A stretch of 64,000 nucleotides of DNA. Source: Oceanispirochaeta sp. (GTDB lineage Bacteria > Spirochaetota > Spirochaetia > DSM-2461). The position numbers were made by a program, and so were the translations under genes. Positions 31,174 through 41,831 of this stretch are shown piece after piece. Location of the stretch: assembly GCA_963666275.2 (NCBI GenBank), contig CAXXOA010000003.1, positions 64,001 to 128,000 of the forward strand. Direction: 5' to 3'. The notes beneath the pieces are model-generated. The model made no database searches, was not told where the DNA came from, and was given only the letters and a program-made list of their open reading frames with translations. The first letter of the stretch is position 1. Every line of letters begins with the position of its first letter.

Positions 31174-31206
31174 CAAACAAATGTTTGTATATCTAACATA
31201 TGTTTG
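31174..31206. promoter_or_regulatory. Tandem palindromic operator upstream of psuK
   Basis: CAAACAAATGTTTG (31174-31187) and CTAACATATGTTTG (31193-31206). Confidence 0.65.
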
Positions 31207-31333
31207 TATTTTTAATGATTTTCCGGAAATAATCAAGATCCTTTAACGGCATAAGGAACTTTTGTAATCACTCTTTTCATTTCCTATAATTGTAGATAGT
31301 TCCTGTCTTTCTCAATGCATTTCTGGAGGATAA

Positions 31334-33133
31334 ATGAGTTACAGGCAGAAAATCCCATGGGTGTTTCTCATTGCTCTCATCCTGTCTACAGGGATAAATC
31401 TGTCCGGGCAGGAGGGGGCTGAGCTGACTCAGGAAGAGGCCCGGTGGCTCAGAGAGGAGCACACCGTTCGCATCAGAATTGGGGACTGGCCGCCTTTCAT
31501 GATCTATGAAGAGGGAGATATCAGCGGGATTTCCATTGATTTTATTGAGGACATATTCCATTACTACGATATCGATTTTGAATATATAAGCCCGGAAGTC
31601 TATACCTGGTCGGAGGCTCTGGAATCCCTAGCTTCCCGGGAGGATATTGATCTTCTGCCCACAGCCAAGATTACAGAGGAACGGTCCCGTCAGATGCTGT
31701 TTTCCCGGGAGTATATTTCTCCCCCCTGGGTGATTTTTACAAGGAAAGACTCTCCGGCTGTGCAGGGAATTCAGGATCTCAGCGGCAAAACCCTGTCGGT
31801 TCAGTACGGTTACTATATGCACGATCTGCTCAAAAAGGATTACCCGGATATCCATCTGCGGGTTTATGACGGTCCGACTTCCACCCTGGACAGTCTCAAG
31901 GCTCTGGCTGTGGGGGAGGTGGATGGTTTTGTAGGAAACCTGGCCACAGGGAGCTATCTTATAAATCAGGAGCACCTGTATGACCTGAAGGTCGCTGCCC
32001 CCACTCCTTTCGGTACCCACAGCAACGCCATGGCGGTCAGGAGTGACTGGCCCGAGCTGGTGTCAATTATCAACAAAGGGCTGGAACGTATGACGAAAGA
32101 GGAGAAAAATGCCATTTTCGGTCAGTATTATTCTGTGGAATATGACTACGGCATAGGTCCTCAGACTGTATTGAAGTGGCTTCTGATTGCCTTTCCTGGG
32201 CTATTTATCATCGCCTATACGGTTATCCATTCCTACAGAAAAATGAATCGGGAGATCCATTCCAGAGGGGTCCTTCATGGAGAGCTTTCCGATTATATCG
32301 ATCTGGTGGATCATAATGTGCTCTCTCTGAAGTGCCGCCCCGACTGGATCATTACCAAGGTTTCCGAGGCTTTCTGCACCTTGAGCGGATACAGTGAAAA
32401 GGAAATTCTGGGCCGCCGGCTCAAAGACTTTCTCAATCCCGATACCTCCGAAGAGTGGCTTGAAGAGTGCCGGCAGAAGCTGAAGCAGGGGGAGTCTCTC
32501 GAGGGGGAGCTCCAGACCAGAAAAAAAGAAGGCCCCTGCTTCTGGGTGAAGTACTCCATGTTTCCCGATCATCCCCGGGAGGGGGAGGACCAGGGATACA
32601 CGCTTCTCGGCCAGGATATAAGCGATAAGAAAATCATAGAAGCTCTTTCCATCCGGGATAAACTGACAGGCCTTTTCAACCGTCTGAAGCTGGATGATGT
32701 TTTTTCCTATGAAATCCGCCTATCCCGAAGGCATGAAAGAGCTCTTTCCATTATTCTGTCCGATCTGGACGGATTTAAGCAGATCAATGACAGTTACGGG
32801 CACAGCACCGGAGACCGCTACCTTTATCAGTACGGACAGATTTTAAATTCCTGCATCCGCTGCTCCGATACCCTGGGGCGCTGGGGAGGCGATGAGTTTC
32901 TGATTATATGCCCGGATCTGCCGGAAGAGCAGACTCCCGGTGTTCTCAGGAAGCTCCAGAATGCTCTTGAGAAGAACCATTTTGAGGGCATCGGTCCCAT
33001 CTCCGCCAGTTTCGGTGCGGCTTCCTTCCGGGAGGGGGACGATGAGGTTGAAATGCTCAACCGGGCGGATAAGGAACTTTACAGGAATAAGTCCCGCAGA
33101 TCAGCCGGGCCAGAAAAGGAACAGGAAGGGTAG
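31334..33133 (+). CDS. Diguanylate cyclase with periplasmic SBP (PBPb) and PAS domains
   Basis: DWPPF..GISID PBPb, TM, PAS, DKLTGLFNR, RxxD I-site, intact GGDEF. Confidence 0.9.
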   Translation: MSYRQKIPWVFLIALILSTGINLSGQEGAELTQEEARWLREEHTVRIRIGDWPPFMIYEEGDISGISIDFIEDIFHYYDIDFEYISPEVYTWSEALESLASREDIDLLPTAKITEERSRQMLFSREYISPPWVIFTRKDSPAVQGIQDLSGKTLSVQYGYYMHDLLKKDYPDIHLRVYDGPTSTLDSLKALAVGEVDGFVGNLATGSYLINQEHLYDLKVAAPTPFGTHSNAMAVRSDWPELVSIINKGLERMTKEEKNAIFGQYYSVEYDYGIGPQTVLKWLLIAFPGLFIIAYTVIHSYRKMNREIHSRGVLHGELSDYIDLVDHNVLSLKCRPDWIITKVSEAFCTLSGYSEKEILGRRLKDFLNPDTSEEWLEECRQKLKQGESLEGELQTRKKEGPCFWVKYSMFPDHPREGEDQGYTLLGQDISDKKIIEALSIRDKLTGLFNRLKLDDVFSYEIRLSRRHERALSIILSDLDGFKQINDSYGHSTGDRYLYQYGQILNSCIRCSDTLGRWGGDEFLIICPDLPEEQTPGVLRKLQNALEKNHFEGIGPISASFGAASFREGDDEVEMLNRADKELYRNKSRRSAGPEKEQEG

Positions 33134-34033
33134 AAAAAGCAGATAAAACACTGTGGAGACCGCTATGGCATGGGCGGTGATCTCCGAGTCGAGGCTGAAT
33201 ATATCTGTCAGGATCAGTGATGCCACTCCCAGCGGGGCCAGAGCATTTATGATAAGCACCTGCCTCGAATAGGCATCGAACAGAGGAATCCGGATTACTA
33301 ACAGGATAATTGCTATCCAGACTGCCAGGCGGACAATAAGAAACAGGATAAAGGGTTTCACCGATTTGAAGGCTTCTCCCAGGGATATGGAGAGGCCCAT
33401 TCCAAAGAGTATGACGGGAATGCCCATATTGCCGAAGGTTCCTGTTACGGATGTGAGCCATTCGGGAAGAGGCAGCTGTGTGATCCCTATAAACAGCCCG
33501 AGAAGGATCATGCTGAGCATGGCCAGTATATTTCTGGCAATCTCTTTCCTGTCGAAATCTTTTTTCTTATCAAGGCCCATAACCTTTACAGTCAGAAGAC
33601 CGTAAAGGAACGTGGCCGGCCAGTAGAAGGAAGTAAAAAAGAGCCCCCGCTGCATCCCTTCCGGTCCAATGAGGATATTCTGGATCTGCCAGCAGATGTA
33701 TCCCACATTCCCTCCGAAAAAGAGAAAACTCATCTCGGCTTTGTAAGTCTGCAGCCATGTGAGGCGGGGCGTGAAGCGGAGTATCAGAAGAAACAGGCAC
33801 CAGGCCGCCCCCATAACAAAAAATATGCCCAGCGACATGGGCAGGAACTGACCGGCCGTGGTGGCTGTCATTTTTCTCAGGGATTCAAACGCCATAACAG
33901 GCAGGGCTATCCGGATGGCAAATTTCTGGATAACCGGTCGGTCTTCCGCTTTTATATAGCCGGTAGCTCTGCAGATCATCCCCATTATGATTGGTATAAA
34001 TATGCCGCTCAGGGCCTTGATTATCAGGTTCAT
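33101..34033 (-). CDS. AEC (auxin efflux carrier/malonate) family transporter
   Basis: About 10 TM segments; ALP, GNVGYI, LF.MGLS and AP motifs. Confidence 0.75.
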   Translation of the reverse strand: MNLIIKALSGIFIPIIMGMICRATGYIKAEDRPVIQKFAIRIALPVMAFESLRKMTATTAGQFLPMSLGIFFVMGAAWCLFLLILRFTPRLTWLQTYKAEMSFLFFGGNVGYICWQIQNILIGPEGMQRGLFFTSFYWPATFLYGLLTVKVMGLDKKKDFDRKEIARNILAMLSMILLGLFIGITQLPLPEWLTSVTGTFGNMGIPVILFGMGLSISLGEAFKSVKPFILFLIVRLAVWIAIILLVIRIPLFDAYSRQVLIINALAPLGVASLILTDIFSLDSEITAHAIAVSTVFYLLFLPFLFLFWPG

Positions 34034-34163
34034 AGGTTTTCATTGAATCTTTTATCCAGATTCGGGTCAAGTAGAGAAGAAAAATAAATTCTTTCTTGTA
34101 TCCTCTCAGATAAAAAACTAGCATTCATTATAAGGGAGCTGAACTTCCTCACAGGATAAAGGA

Positions 34164-36269
34164 ATGAAACTATTAAAAAAGTATCTGATTCTCTGTTTCT
34201 CCGCCGGAACTCTGCCCATTCTATTTATAATTTTCAGTATGCCCGAAATTTCAAGCCCCTACAGAAAATCCTGGGCGATCATTCTGATCCTCTGTTTTGT
34301 GGCCATAACTCTCATTCTGGCAATATCATTTCTGTCGGGGAGAAGTTTTCACAGAAGGTTCAGGAACATCCTCCGGTCCGTGGAAAATCTGACGTCCCTT
34401 GAAAAGCTTGATCCCTTCGTCGATGAAGGAAATGATGAGCTCGCCGAACTTGTATTCAGTCTGAACGAGTCTTTCCGTAAACTTCTGAAACTCCGTCATG
34501 AAAATGAGATCGCCATCCGTTCTCTCAAAAAAAGCAATGACCATCTGAGCGAGAGCAATCAGAGGTATCAGCTGGCAGTAGACGGAGCCAACGATGCGAT
34601 CTGGGACTGGGATATTCAATCGGATCAGCTCTATATCTCCCACCGGTGGCATGAGTTTCTCGGTTTGAAAGATACCGAAAAGATGGACACCATGCAGGCC
34701 TGGCTGGAGGCAATCCTCCCTCAGGACAGGGACGGGGTTCGGCAGGGGCTGCGGGATCATCTGAATGGGGAAACCCCCCTCTTTTCTGCGGAATACCGAA
34801 TCATAAACCGCATTACCGGTCTGAAATGGATTCTTACAAGGGGGCTGGCTTTCCGCAATGAACAGGGAATTGATATCCGGATGGCCGGATCTCACACGGA
34901 TATCACCAACAGCAGACGCCTTCAGGAACGTCTGCAGTACAATGCCTTTCATGATGATCTGACAAATCTTCCCAACCGTATGAAGCTGCGGGAGAGGATT
35001 CAGGATGTCCTTTTGAGAGCCGAGAGGGATCCGAACTTCAGCTTCACCCTGCTTTATCTGGACTTTGACGGTTTCAAGCATATCAATGATTCATTCGGTC
35101 ATAATACGGGAGACATGCTCCTGAAATCCATTGCCGAAAGGCTGACATTCTGTACGAGACCCCTGGATCTGGTATCCCGGATCGGGGGAGATGAATTTGT
35201 CATTCTTCTGGACGGCATCTCCGATCAGGATCATATCACAAAAGTCCTGGACAGGATCAATTCCCAGATCAGCAAACCCTTTCTGATAGACGGAAGGACC
35301 ATTTTCATCTCCGCCAGTATCGGTGTGAACACCCTGGACAGAGAATGCACAAAGCAGCCTGACGAACTGATCCAGAGGGCGGACATTGCCATGTATCATG
35401 CGAAAAACAGAGGCAAAGCCCGGGCTGTCTTTTATGAATCCTCCATGGGGAGCTGTGAAAAACGAAGGTTCCTCCTCGAAAACGATATGCACAAAGCCCT
35501 GGGAAGTCAGGCCATGCATATCCATTATCAGCCTGTCGTGGCTGCGCGGACGGGAGCTCTCTACGGCATGGAAGCTCTTCTCCGCTGGGACCATCAGGAC
35601 CATGGCATGATCTCTCCGGGGGAGTTTATTCCCATAGCCGAGGAAACAGGTTTCATCAACAGGATTACCCAGTGGCTACTGCTGGAGGTCTGCCGGCAGG
35701 CCTGCCTTCTCAACAGAGATGCCCTGCTGCCTATCCGTTGCGCCATTAATGTTTCCTCCAAGGATTTCCACTGCAGCGAGGGGCTGGATATTCTGATCGG
35801 GAAAGCCATGGAGCAGACTGGCTGCTCTCCCGAGTGGATTGCCATTGAGGTTACCGAAGGGGTGCTTATAAAGGATTTTGAGCTGGTGTCTCTTCAGCTG
35901 AAGAGGATTGATGAGATGGGGATCATCATTGAACTGGACGATTTCGGAACCGGCTATTCCTCCCTTTCCTATCTGAATAAATTCCCTCTGAAAATTCTCA
36001 AAGTCGACCGGTCCTTTATCATGACCATGGAGGAGTCCTCCTCCAGTCTGAAACTGGTCCAGACCATTATCCACATGGCAAAAGATCTGGGAATGAAAAC
36101 CATTGCCGAAGGGGTGGAAACCGGGGGACAGCTGGAATCTCTTGTCAATCTGGGCTGCGATTATATACAGGGATTTTATATTTCCAAGCCTCTGAACAGA
36201 GAAACTCTCCCGGGCTTCCTTGCCCGGTTCAACCGCAATGACGCCGGTGCTTATTATTCCTACATGTGA
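34164..36269 (+). CDS. Membrane HAMP-PAS-GGDEF-EAL protein
   Basis: 2 TM segments; IWDWD PAS; HDDLTNLPNR, GGDEF; EALLRW, DDFGTGYSS, AEGVET. Confidence 0.92.
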   Translation: MKLLKKYLILCFSAGTLPILFIIFSMPEISSPYRKSWAIILILCFVAITLILAISFLSGRSFHRRFRNILRSVENLTSLEKLDPFVDEGNDELAELVFSLNESFRKLLKLRHENEIAIRSLKKSNDHLSESNQRYQLAVDGANDAIWDWDIQSDQLYISHRWHEFLGLKDTEKMDTMQAWLEAILPQDRDGVRQGLRDHLNGETPLFSAEYRIINRITGLKWILTRGLAFRNEQGIDIRMAGSHTDITNSRRLQERLQYNAFHDDLTNLPNRMKLRERIQDVLLRAERDPNFSFTLLYLDFDGFKHINDSFGHNTGDMLLKSIAERLTFCTRPLDLVSRIGGDEFVILLDGISDQDHITKVLDRINSQISKPFLIDGRTIFISASIGVNTLDRECTKQPDELIQRADIAMYHAKNRGKARAVFYESSMGSCEKRRFLLENDMHKALGSQAMHIHYQPVVAARTGALYGMEALLRWDHQDHGMISPGEFIPIAEETGFINRITQWLLLEVCRQACLLNRDALLPIRCAINVSSKDFHCSEGLDILIGKAMEQTGCSPEWIAIEVTEGVLIKDFELVSLQLKRIDEMGIIIELDDFGTGYSSLSYLNKFPLKILKVDRSFIMTMEESSSSLKLVQTIIHMAKDLGMKTIAEGVETGGQLESLVNLGCDYIQGFYISKPLNRETLPGFLARFNRNDAGAYYSYM

Positions 36270-36372
36270 AAGCACTCTGTTATTTTTTTGAAAGTTTCAA
36301 ACAGCTTTTCTTTACTCTTCAGAAGAGACGTTTTTTGTTTTCATAGAGGCGAAAACCTGTATAATATGCTCT

Positions 36373-37887
36373 ATGGAAAGATTAATTCTCGCCCATGATC
36401 TGGGCACATCAGGTAATAAAGCAAGCCTCTTCTCCGAGTCTGGAGAACTGATCGGCAGTTGTACAGAATCCTACGGAACAGAATATATGCCCCAGGCACG
36501 GGCGGAACAGAACCCCGAAGACTGGTGGCGGGCAGTCAGGGACTCCACAGCCAGGCTCCTGGCGGGAATAGACGATAAGAACAGAATCAGTGTCATCTCA
36601 TTCAGCGGCCAGATGCAGGGCTGTCTCTGTGTGGATAAAAAAGGGAATCCTCTGAGGAACTCCCTTATCTACAGTGATCAGAGGAGCGGAGAACAGGCTG
36701 CCACCCTGGTGGAGAAACTGGGAGCCTATCCCTTCTTCCAGATGACAGGGCACAAGGCCAGTTCCTCCTACTCTCTGAGCAAGCTCATGTGGATCCGGGA
36801 CAATGAACCGGAGATTTTCCGCCATACCCATAAAATGCTTCAGGCAAAGGATTATATCACCCTTAAAATGACAGGCAACTTCATTGCGGAATACAACGAC
36901 GCTTCAGGAACCAATGCAATGGACCTGAAATCGCTGAACTGGTCTGATACCATCCTGGACGCCGCCGGAATAGACAGGGCCCTTCTGCCTGATCTTCTGC
37001 CTTCCGACGGAATCGCCGGAACTCTGCTGCCCGACGTTGCCCGGGAGCTGGGCCTTCCCGAAGGAATTCCAGTGGTTGCCGGAGCCGGAGACGGCGGCTG
37101 TGCCACCATCGGAATCGGATGCGTGGCTCCGGGGATTTCCTACAACTGTCTGGGGTCCTCCTCCTGGATCTCTACAGCCAGTACTGAACCTCTGAAAGAT
37201 CCGGAAATGAAGACCTTTACCTGGGCCCATCCTGTCACAGGACTCTATCAGCCCTGCGGAACCATGCAGACTGCCGGTTCGGCTCTGGCCTGGTTGAAAA
37301 GGGAGCTGGGAGGAGATCTGAAGGGAGAAGCCGAAAAAACCGGTCAGTCTTTCTATGCTCTCCTTGACCGGGCGATAGAGGGTGCAGAACCCGGAGCGGG
37401 CGGGCTGCTCTTTCTGCCCTATCTTCTGGGAGAACGGTCTCCCTGGTGGAACAGTCAGGCCAAGGGAGTTTTCCTGGGATTGAGTCTGCATACAAGCTAT
37501 GCCCAGATTGCCAGGGCTGTGATGGAGGGAATCTCCATGAATCTGGGGCTCATCAAAGATATCATGAGCCGGGAAATGCCCATGAACTCTCTCAGACTGA
37601 TGGGGGGAGGAGCCGCCAGCGGGGTGTGGAATTCCATCCTGGCTGATGTGTTCGGAGTTCCCGTGGAAATCCCCAATCACCTGGAGGAAGCCACATCCAT
37701 GGGAGCGGCCATCATCGGAGGTGTCGGGGCTGAAATCTTTAAAGATTTTTCCGCTGCCGAAAGGTTTGTAAAGATTACCGACGTGATAGAGCCTGATAAA
37801 AACAGGGCTGACTACTACAGGGAGAGAATCAAAGTTTTCGCCAGGGCCTTTGAAACCATAGAACCCCTCTTTCCGGATCTGTCCTGA
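36373..37887 (+). CDS. xylB: FGGY carbohydrate kinase, xylulokinase-like
   Basis: DLGTSGNK, EQNPEDWW, SGQMQG, FLPYLLGERSP, GGGA.S..W..ILADV. Confidence 0.8.
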   Translation: MERLILAHDLGTSGNKASLFSESGELIGSCTESYGTEYMPQARAEQNPEDWWRAVRDSTARLLAGIDDKNRISVISFSGQMQGCLCVDKKGNPLRNSLIYSDQRSGEQAATLVEKLGAYPFFQMTGHKASSSYSLSKLMWIRDNEPEIFRHTHKMLQAKDYITLKMTGNFIAEYNDASGTNAMDLKSLNWSDTILDAAGIDRALLPDLLPSDGIAGTLLPDVARELGLPEGIPVVAGAGDGGCATIGIGCVAPGISYNCLGSSSWISTASTEPLKDPEMKTFTWAHPVTGLYQPCGTMQTAGSALAWLKRELGGDLKGEAEKTGQSFYALLDRAIEGAEPGAGGLLFLPYLLGERSPWWNSQAKGVFLGLSLHTSYAQIARAVMEGISMNLGLIKDIMSREMPMNSLRLMGGGAASGVWNSILADVFGVPVEIPNHLEEATSMGAAIIGGVGAEIFKDFSAAERFVKITDVIEPDKNRADYYRERIKVFARAFETIEPLFPDLS

Positions 37888-37901
37888 TAAACGGGGGGAT
37901 C

Positions 37902-38258
37902 CTACCAGAGTTCCGGATCTCCGGCCATGCTCCGGAGGATCCCTCCCCATTTCTGGGAAACCGGATCTTCCTGTCTGAGCCAGAGATGGGAAAAAGCGGC
38001 GAATATTTCCCTTTTATCATTTCTGTGGGATCCTTTCAGGATCCCTGTTTTTTCTTCCGTATGCATAACCCAGACAGGTCCGCCGTCTTTTTCATATACA
38101 AGGGCATTATACAGAGCCACATAGGGGGCTCCCAGCCAGACAAGCCGGAGGGAGCCGTTGGTGTAGATTCTCTCTCCTGTCAGGTAATTGAGTACTTTGG
38201 AAAACTGTTCATCCGCCCAGACTTCTCCGGGGGGGACATTTTCATTCTGTGTCAGCAT
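37902..38258 (-). CDS. Hypothetical protein
   Basis: ATG at 38258 with GGAGG RBS; 118 aa. Confidence 0.55.
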   Translation of the reverse strand: MLTQNENVPPGEVWADEQFSKVLNYLTGERIYTNGSLRLVWLGAPYVALYNALVYEKDGGPVWVMHTEEKTGILKGSHRNDKREIFAAFSHLWLRQEDPVSQKWGGILRSMAGDPELW

Positions 38259-38525
38259 TTTCTGACCTCCTGTCATTTTAAATGCAAGAGTAATGCCAGC
38301 CATCTCCAGGGGAGACTCGGGGGAAAAGGGAGAGTGAATCTGACAGGATTGTAGGAAAAATCTCTGTTTTTACCATTTGGTTTCTGATTCACTGCAAAAA
38401 ATCAGCTGAAACTTTTCTCTGAGAGTCTTTCCTGTGATAGTATGAGAAAGATGCCCCGGTTCAGTTTTCAGACCGGTAAACGGGTTTGACAGCAGTTTAA
38501 GACTTTGTACTACAGGAGAGGAAAT

Positions 38526-38936
38526 ATGGGATATGAGTATTTATGGCGCATCCATGCCGTGTTAATGGCTTCATCTTTTCTGGCCATGGTAACCGGGATT
38601 GTGGTCTCCCTTTTGTTCAAAAAGAAAAAATGGCGTTTTAAAGTGCATAAAAGGCTGGGGATTTATGCCGGGTCTTCCGGGATTGCCGCACTGGTAATTG
38701 CCGGGACCATGGTGCAGATTTACAATGGTGTCCATTTTACCTCGCTCCATGCCCTATTGGGAGGAATCTCCGCTGTGCTTCTTATCGTGACTCCCCAGCT
38801 CGGGCTTGCCATTATGAGAGTCAAAAAGAAAAAGCCTGTCAGGTTAATTCATAAAACCCTGGGGTACGTCACTGCCCTTATGATGGGCCTTACAATTTTT
38901 TCAGGCTTGCTGTTTATGGGGATTCTCGGAGTTTAA
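38526..38936 (+). CDS. Small 4-TM protein, cytochrome b561-like
   Basis: Four TM helices each starting with His (RIHAVLM, KVHKRLG, SLHALLG, LIHKTLG). Confidence 0.7.
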   Translation: MGYEYLWRIHAVLMASSFLAMVTGIVVSLLFKKKKWRFKVHKRLGIYAGSSGIAALVIAGTMVQIYNGVHFTSLHALLGGISAVLLIVTPQLGLAIMRVKKKKPVRLIHKTLGYVTALMMGLTIFSGLLFMGILGV

Positions 38937-38973
38937 AAATGGCAGCCCTGAATACAGAACTGCCTTTTCCTGT

Positions 38974-39618
38974 TTATAGCTCTTTATGACAGAACCACCA
39001 GTCGTATCCGTCGTATTTTTTCAGTCGATCCGCTGCGTCTTTCTGGCTGCCGGGGGGAGGTATGATGACTCTCTTTCCAATCAGTTCATTCTCCGGCCAG
39101 TTGGCAGGTATGGCGACGCCGTTTCGGTCTGATGTGATCATGGCTTTAACAGCTCTTACCACTTCATCAATATTTCTTCCAATCTCCTGAGGATAATATA
39201 GGACCAGTCGGGTTTTGCCTTCCGGATCTATCACAAAAACAGCCCGTACTGTATTGGTTCCCTTGCCGGGATGGAGCATGCCGAGTTGATTGGCGATGCT
39301 ATCGTTTGCGGCAATGACAGGATATGTTATTTCCACATCCAGATTTTCTTTAATCCATTCAATCCATTTGATATGGCTGAAAACCTGATCAACAGACATT
39401 CCTATCAGCTGAACACCCAGCTCATCAAAATCTTTCACTCTGTTCTGAAAGCCTACAAACTCGGTTGTACATACCGGAGTAAAGTCCGCAGGATGGCTGA
39501 ACAGGACAAACCACCTTCCTTTCAAATCACCGGGAAGGTTCATCGGTCCATGGGTCGTATTCACCTGAATCTCAGGGAACGGATCCCCCAGCAGGGGCAT
39601 GTTGAATTCTTTTTCCAT
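38974..39618 (-). CDS. Peroxiredoxin (Prx6/archaeal-type)
   Basis: [28 protein letters not shown]-terminal DWWFC. Confidence 0.92.
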   Translation of the reverse strand: MEKEFNMPLLGDPFPEIQVNTTHGPMNLPGDLKGRWFVLFSHPADFTPVCTTEFVGFQNRVKDFDELGVQLIGMSVDQVFSHIKWIEWIKENLDVEITYPVIAANDSIANQLGMLHPGKGTNTVRAVFVIDPEGKTRLVLYYPQEIGRNIDEVVRAVKAMITSDRNGVAIPANWPENELIGKRVIIPPPGSQKDAADRLKKYDGYDWWFCHKEL

Positions 39619-39654
39619 TGTTTTCTCTCCCATAAAATATTTCTTCTATTCGGG

Positions 39655-40083
39655 TTACTTCACAGATGAGCTGATAAACCAGATCTCTTTCCGGAGAAAT
39701 CCGATAGTTTCGGCAAAAAAGGCTTCTGTAACAGCATCATCTGCAGCGGCAGCTTCTTTCCTTGTTATTTCAAACTCTTTAACAAGATATTCAAAACTCT
39801 CTTTGACTTTTGAAAGCACTTCCGCGGTAGTAAACTCTGTTTCTGTCTCTTCTTTGACTTCTGCCAGCTTCATGTACTGGGAAACTGTGACAGGTGGTTT
39901 TTCTCCTTTCATAAGAAGCCCCTCTGCCAGATCATCAAAAAGGACGGCCAGTTTTTCATAGTAGGCTTCAGTCATCTCATGTATGGATTTGAACTGGAGC
40001 CCTTTGACATTCCAGTGGTAGTTGTGAAAATTCACATACATTACGTGAACATCCGCAATGTGCTTATTTATTCTTTCATTCAT
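39655..40083 (-). CDS. dps: Dps family ferritin-like protein
   Basis: HNYHWNVKG.QF..IH...E, DDLAE, K.IW; GGAGG RBS before ATG at 40083. Confidence 0.9.
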   Translation of the reverse strand: MNERINKHIADVHVMYVNFHNYHWNVKGLQFKSIHEMTEAYYEKLAVLFDDLAEGLLMKGEKPPVTVSQYMKLAEVKEETETEFTTAEVLSKVKESFEYLVKEFEITRKEAAAADDAVTEAFFAETIGFLRKEIWFISSSVK

Positions 40084-40104
40084 AGTTAGCCTCCATTTAC
40101 AATA

Positions 40105-40121
40105 TTGCAATTGGTATGCCA
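40105..40121 (-). promoter_or_regulatory. Sigma54 (-24/-12) promoter for dps-prx
   Basis: Minus strand TGGCATACCAATTGCAA matches TGGCAY-N5-TTGCW. Confidence 0.85.
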
Positions 40122-40274
40122 TATTTTTCAAACTGAGCCCAAATATATTCCTTTCGATTTCGATTTGTTTTAAAGACATATAATATAAACAAATAGAACT
40201 TTTGTGGTTTCTTGTAGAACTGGATGGCGTGGGAGATGGTTTTTAATGAAATAAAGGAGTAAATTGTGATATAC

Positions 40275-40325
40275 TGAAATATCGGTTAATGGAAAACGAA
40301 ATATCGGTGTTTGCGATATTTCGGT
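40275..40325. promoter_or_regulatory. Three enhancer-like boxes YGAWATWTCGGT
   Basis: TGAAATATCGGT 40275-40286, CGAAATATCGGT 40297-40308, CGATATTTCGGT 40314-40325. Confidence 0.65.
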
Positions 40326-40348
40326 ATCTATCCCGAGGAGGTGCCTTT

Positions 40349-41827
40349 ATGCCGTCCCATTTACTGCTGGAAAGTCCTGCGGAAGAATTCCTGCAGATCA
40401 TTCTCAATGCCCTGAAAGACCTAGTGGATTATGAACTGGCAGTGATTCTCAAGTTCCGGGATGCTACCACCCTGGATGTTCAGAAAGCTGACGGCCCTCT
40501 TCTGAATGAAAAAATCGCCCGATTCAGTATTGATCTGGAAAACCGGAAGGATCTGGCTGAACTGATAAACAGGAAACAGCCCTATGTCTTTCCCGAGGAT
40601 CAGGACCATGTGGATACCTATGAGGAAATTCTGGATCTGCCGGAAGGTCACTCCTGTATGATTGCTCCTCTCCATCTGGAGGACTCTCCTGTGGGGCTGC
40701 TCACTCTGGATCATCGGGTCTGCCGCAAATATACACCAGATGTTGTGCGGTTTATCGGCTCTATCTCCCGTCTGATCTCTATTATTCTCTCTCAGAATGA
40801 TACCTCTCGCTATCTGCTGGAACAGAGCCGGAAACTCACTGAAGAGAGGAATCTCCTTCTTCAGATGGATGATGAAAGGTTTCGGAGAGTTATAGGCCGT
40901 TCCGCTCCCTGGCAGGCTGTTCTGGATTCTGTAAAGATTGTTGCCGGATCGGATCTGTCTGTTCTGATACAGGGCGAGACCGGTACGGGAAAAGAGGAGA
41001 TTGCCCGGCTGGTTCATCGGCTCAGTTCCCGGAAAGACGGCCCTTTTATTGCCCTGAACTGCTCGGCTCTTTCTCCCTCTCTGGCGGAAAGTGAACTTTT
41101 CGGCCATGAAAAAGGGGCTTTTACAGGGGCCTACAGCCGGAAGAAAGGACGATTTGAACTGGCTCATGGGGGCACCCTCTTTCTGGATGAGATCGGAGAC
41201 CTTCCCGCTGAGCTGCAGCCCAAAATCCTCCGGGCTTTGCAGGAGGGGGTATATGAGCGTGTCGGAGGGGAGGAGTCGGTATTCAGCAATGTCCGGGTTA
41301 TAGCTGCCAGTCATGTGGACCTAGCCGGGGCCGTGGAGAACAGGAGTTTTCGGGAAGACCTCTTTTACAGGCTCAGTGAGTACCCCGTCTATCTTCCTTC
41401 ACTGCGGGAAAGAGGGGATGATGTCATCCTTCTGGCGGAATATTTTGTGAACAACCTGAGAAAAGAGGGAGACTATCCTTTTCTTCAGATAGACAGAGGT
41501 GCTCTGGATGCTCTGGCTTCTTATAAATGGCCCGGTAATGTGAGGGAGCTGTACAATTATATCCGGAGAGGCGCGGTCCTCTCCGGGGGAACCAAGATCA
41601 GGAGAGAACACCTTTTTAGCGGGAATCACCTGCCTGAAACATCCAGTCCTCCTCCTGCCTCCATGATGACTCTCGATGACGCGATCGCCTCCCATATCAG
41701 AGCCGCTCTGCAGGAGTGCGGAGGGAAAATCTATGGACCGGGGGGGGCGGCAGAAAGGCTGGATGTCAAACCGTCCACATTGCAGAGCAAAATGAAAAAA
41801 CTCGGAATACACGCGAAAGAACCGTAA
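40349..41827 (+). CDS. NorR-like sigma54 activator (GAF + AAA+ + HTH)
   Basis: GAF with [52 protein letters not shown] before ATG at 40349. Confidence 0.88.
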   Translation: MPSHLLLESPAEEFLQIILNALKDLVDYELAVILKFRDATTLDVQKADGPLLNEKIARFSIDLENRKDLAELINRKQPYVFPEDQDHVDTYEEILDLPEGHSCMIAPLHLEDSPVGLLTLDHRVCRKYTPDVVRFIGSISRLISIILSQNDTSRYLLEQSRKLTEERNLLLQMDDERFRRVIGRSAPWQAVLDSVKIVAGSDLSVLIQGETGTGKEEIARLVHRLSSRKDGPFIALNCSALSPSLAESELFGHEKGAFTGAYSRKKGRFELAHGGTLFLDEIGDLPAELQPKILRALQEGVYERVGGEESVFSNVRVIAASHVDLAGAVENRSFREDLFYRLSEYPVYLPSLRERGDDVILLAEYFVNNLRKEGDYPFLQIDRGALDALASYKWPGNVRELYNYIRRGAVLSGGTKIRREHLFSGNHLPETSSPPPASMMTLDDAIASHIRAALQECGGKIYGPGGAAERLDVKPSTLQSKMKKLGIHAKEP

Positions 41828-41831
41828 AATC

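Noticed and set aside
36288..36300. TTGAAAGTTTCAA upstream of xylB as a LacI site
   Set aside because: Lacks the central CG, does not match the 52128 operator, and lies in AT-rich DNA.
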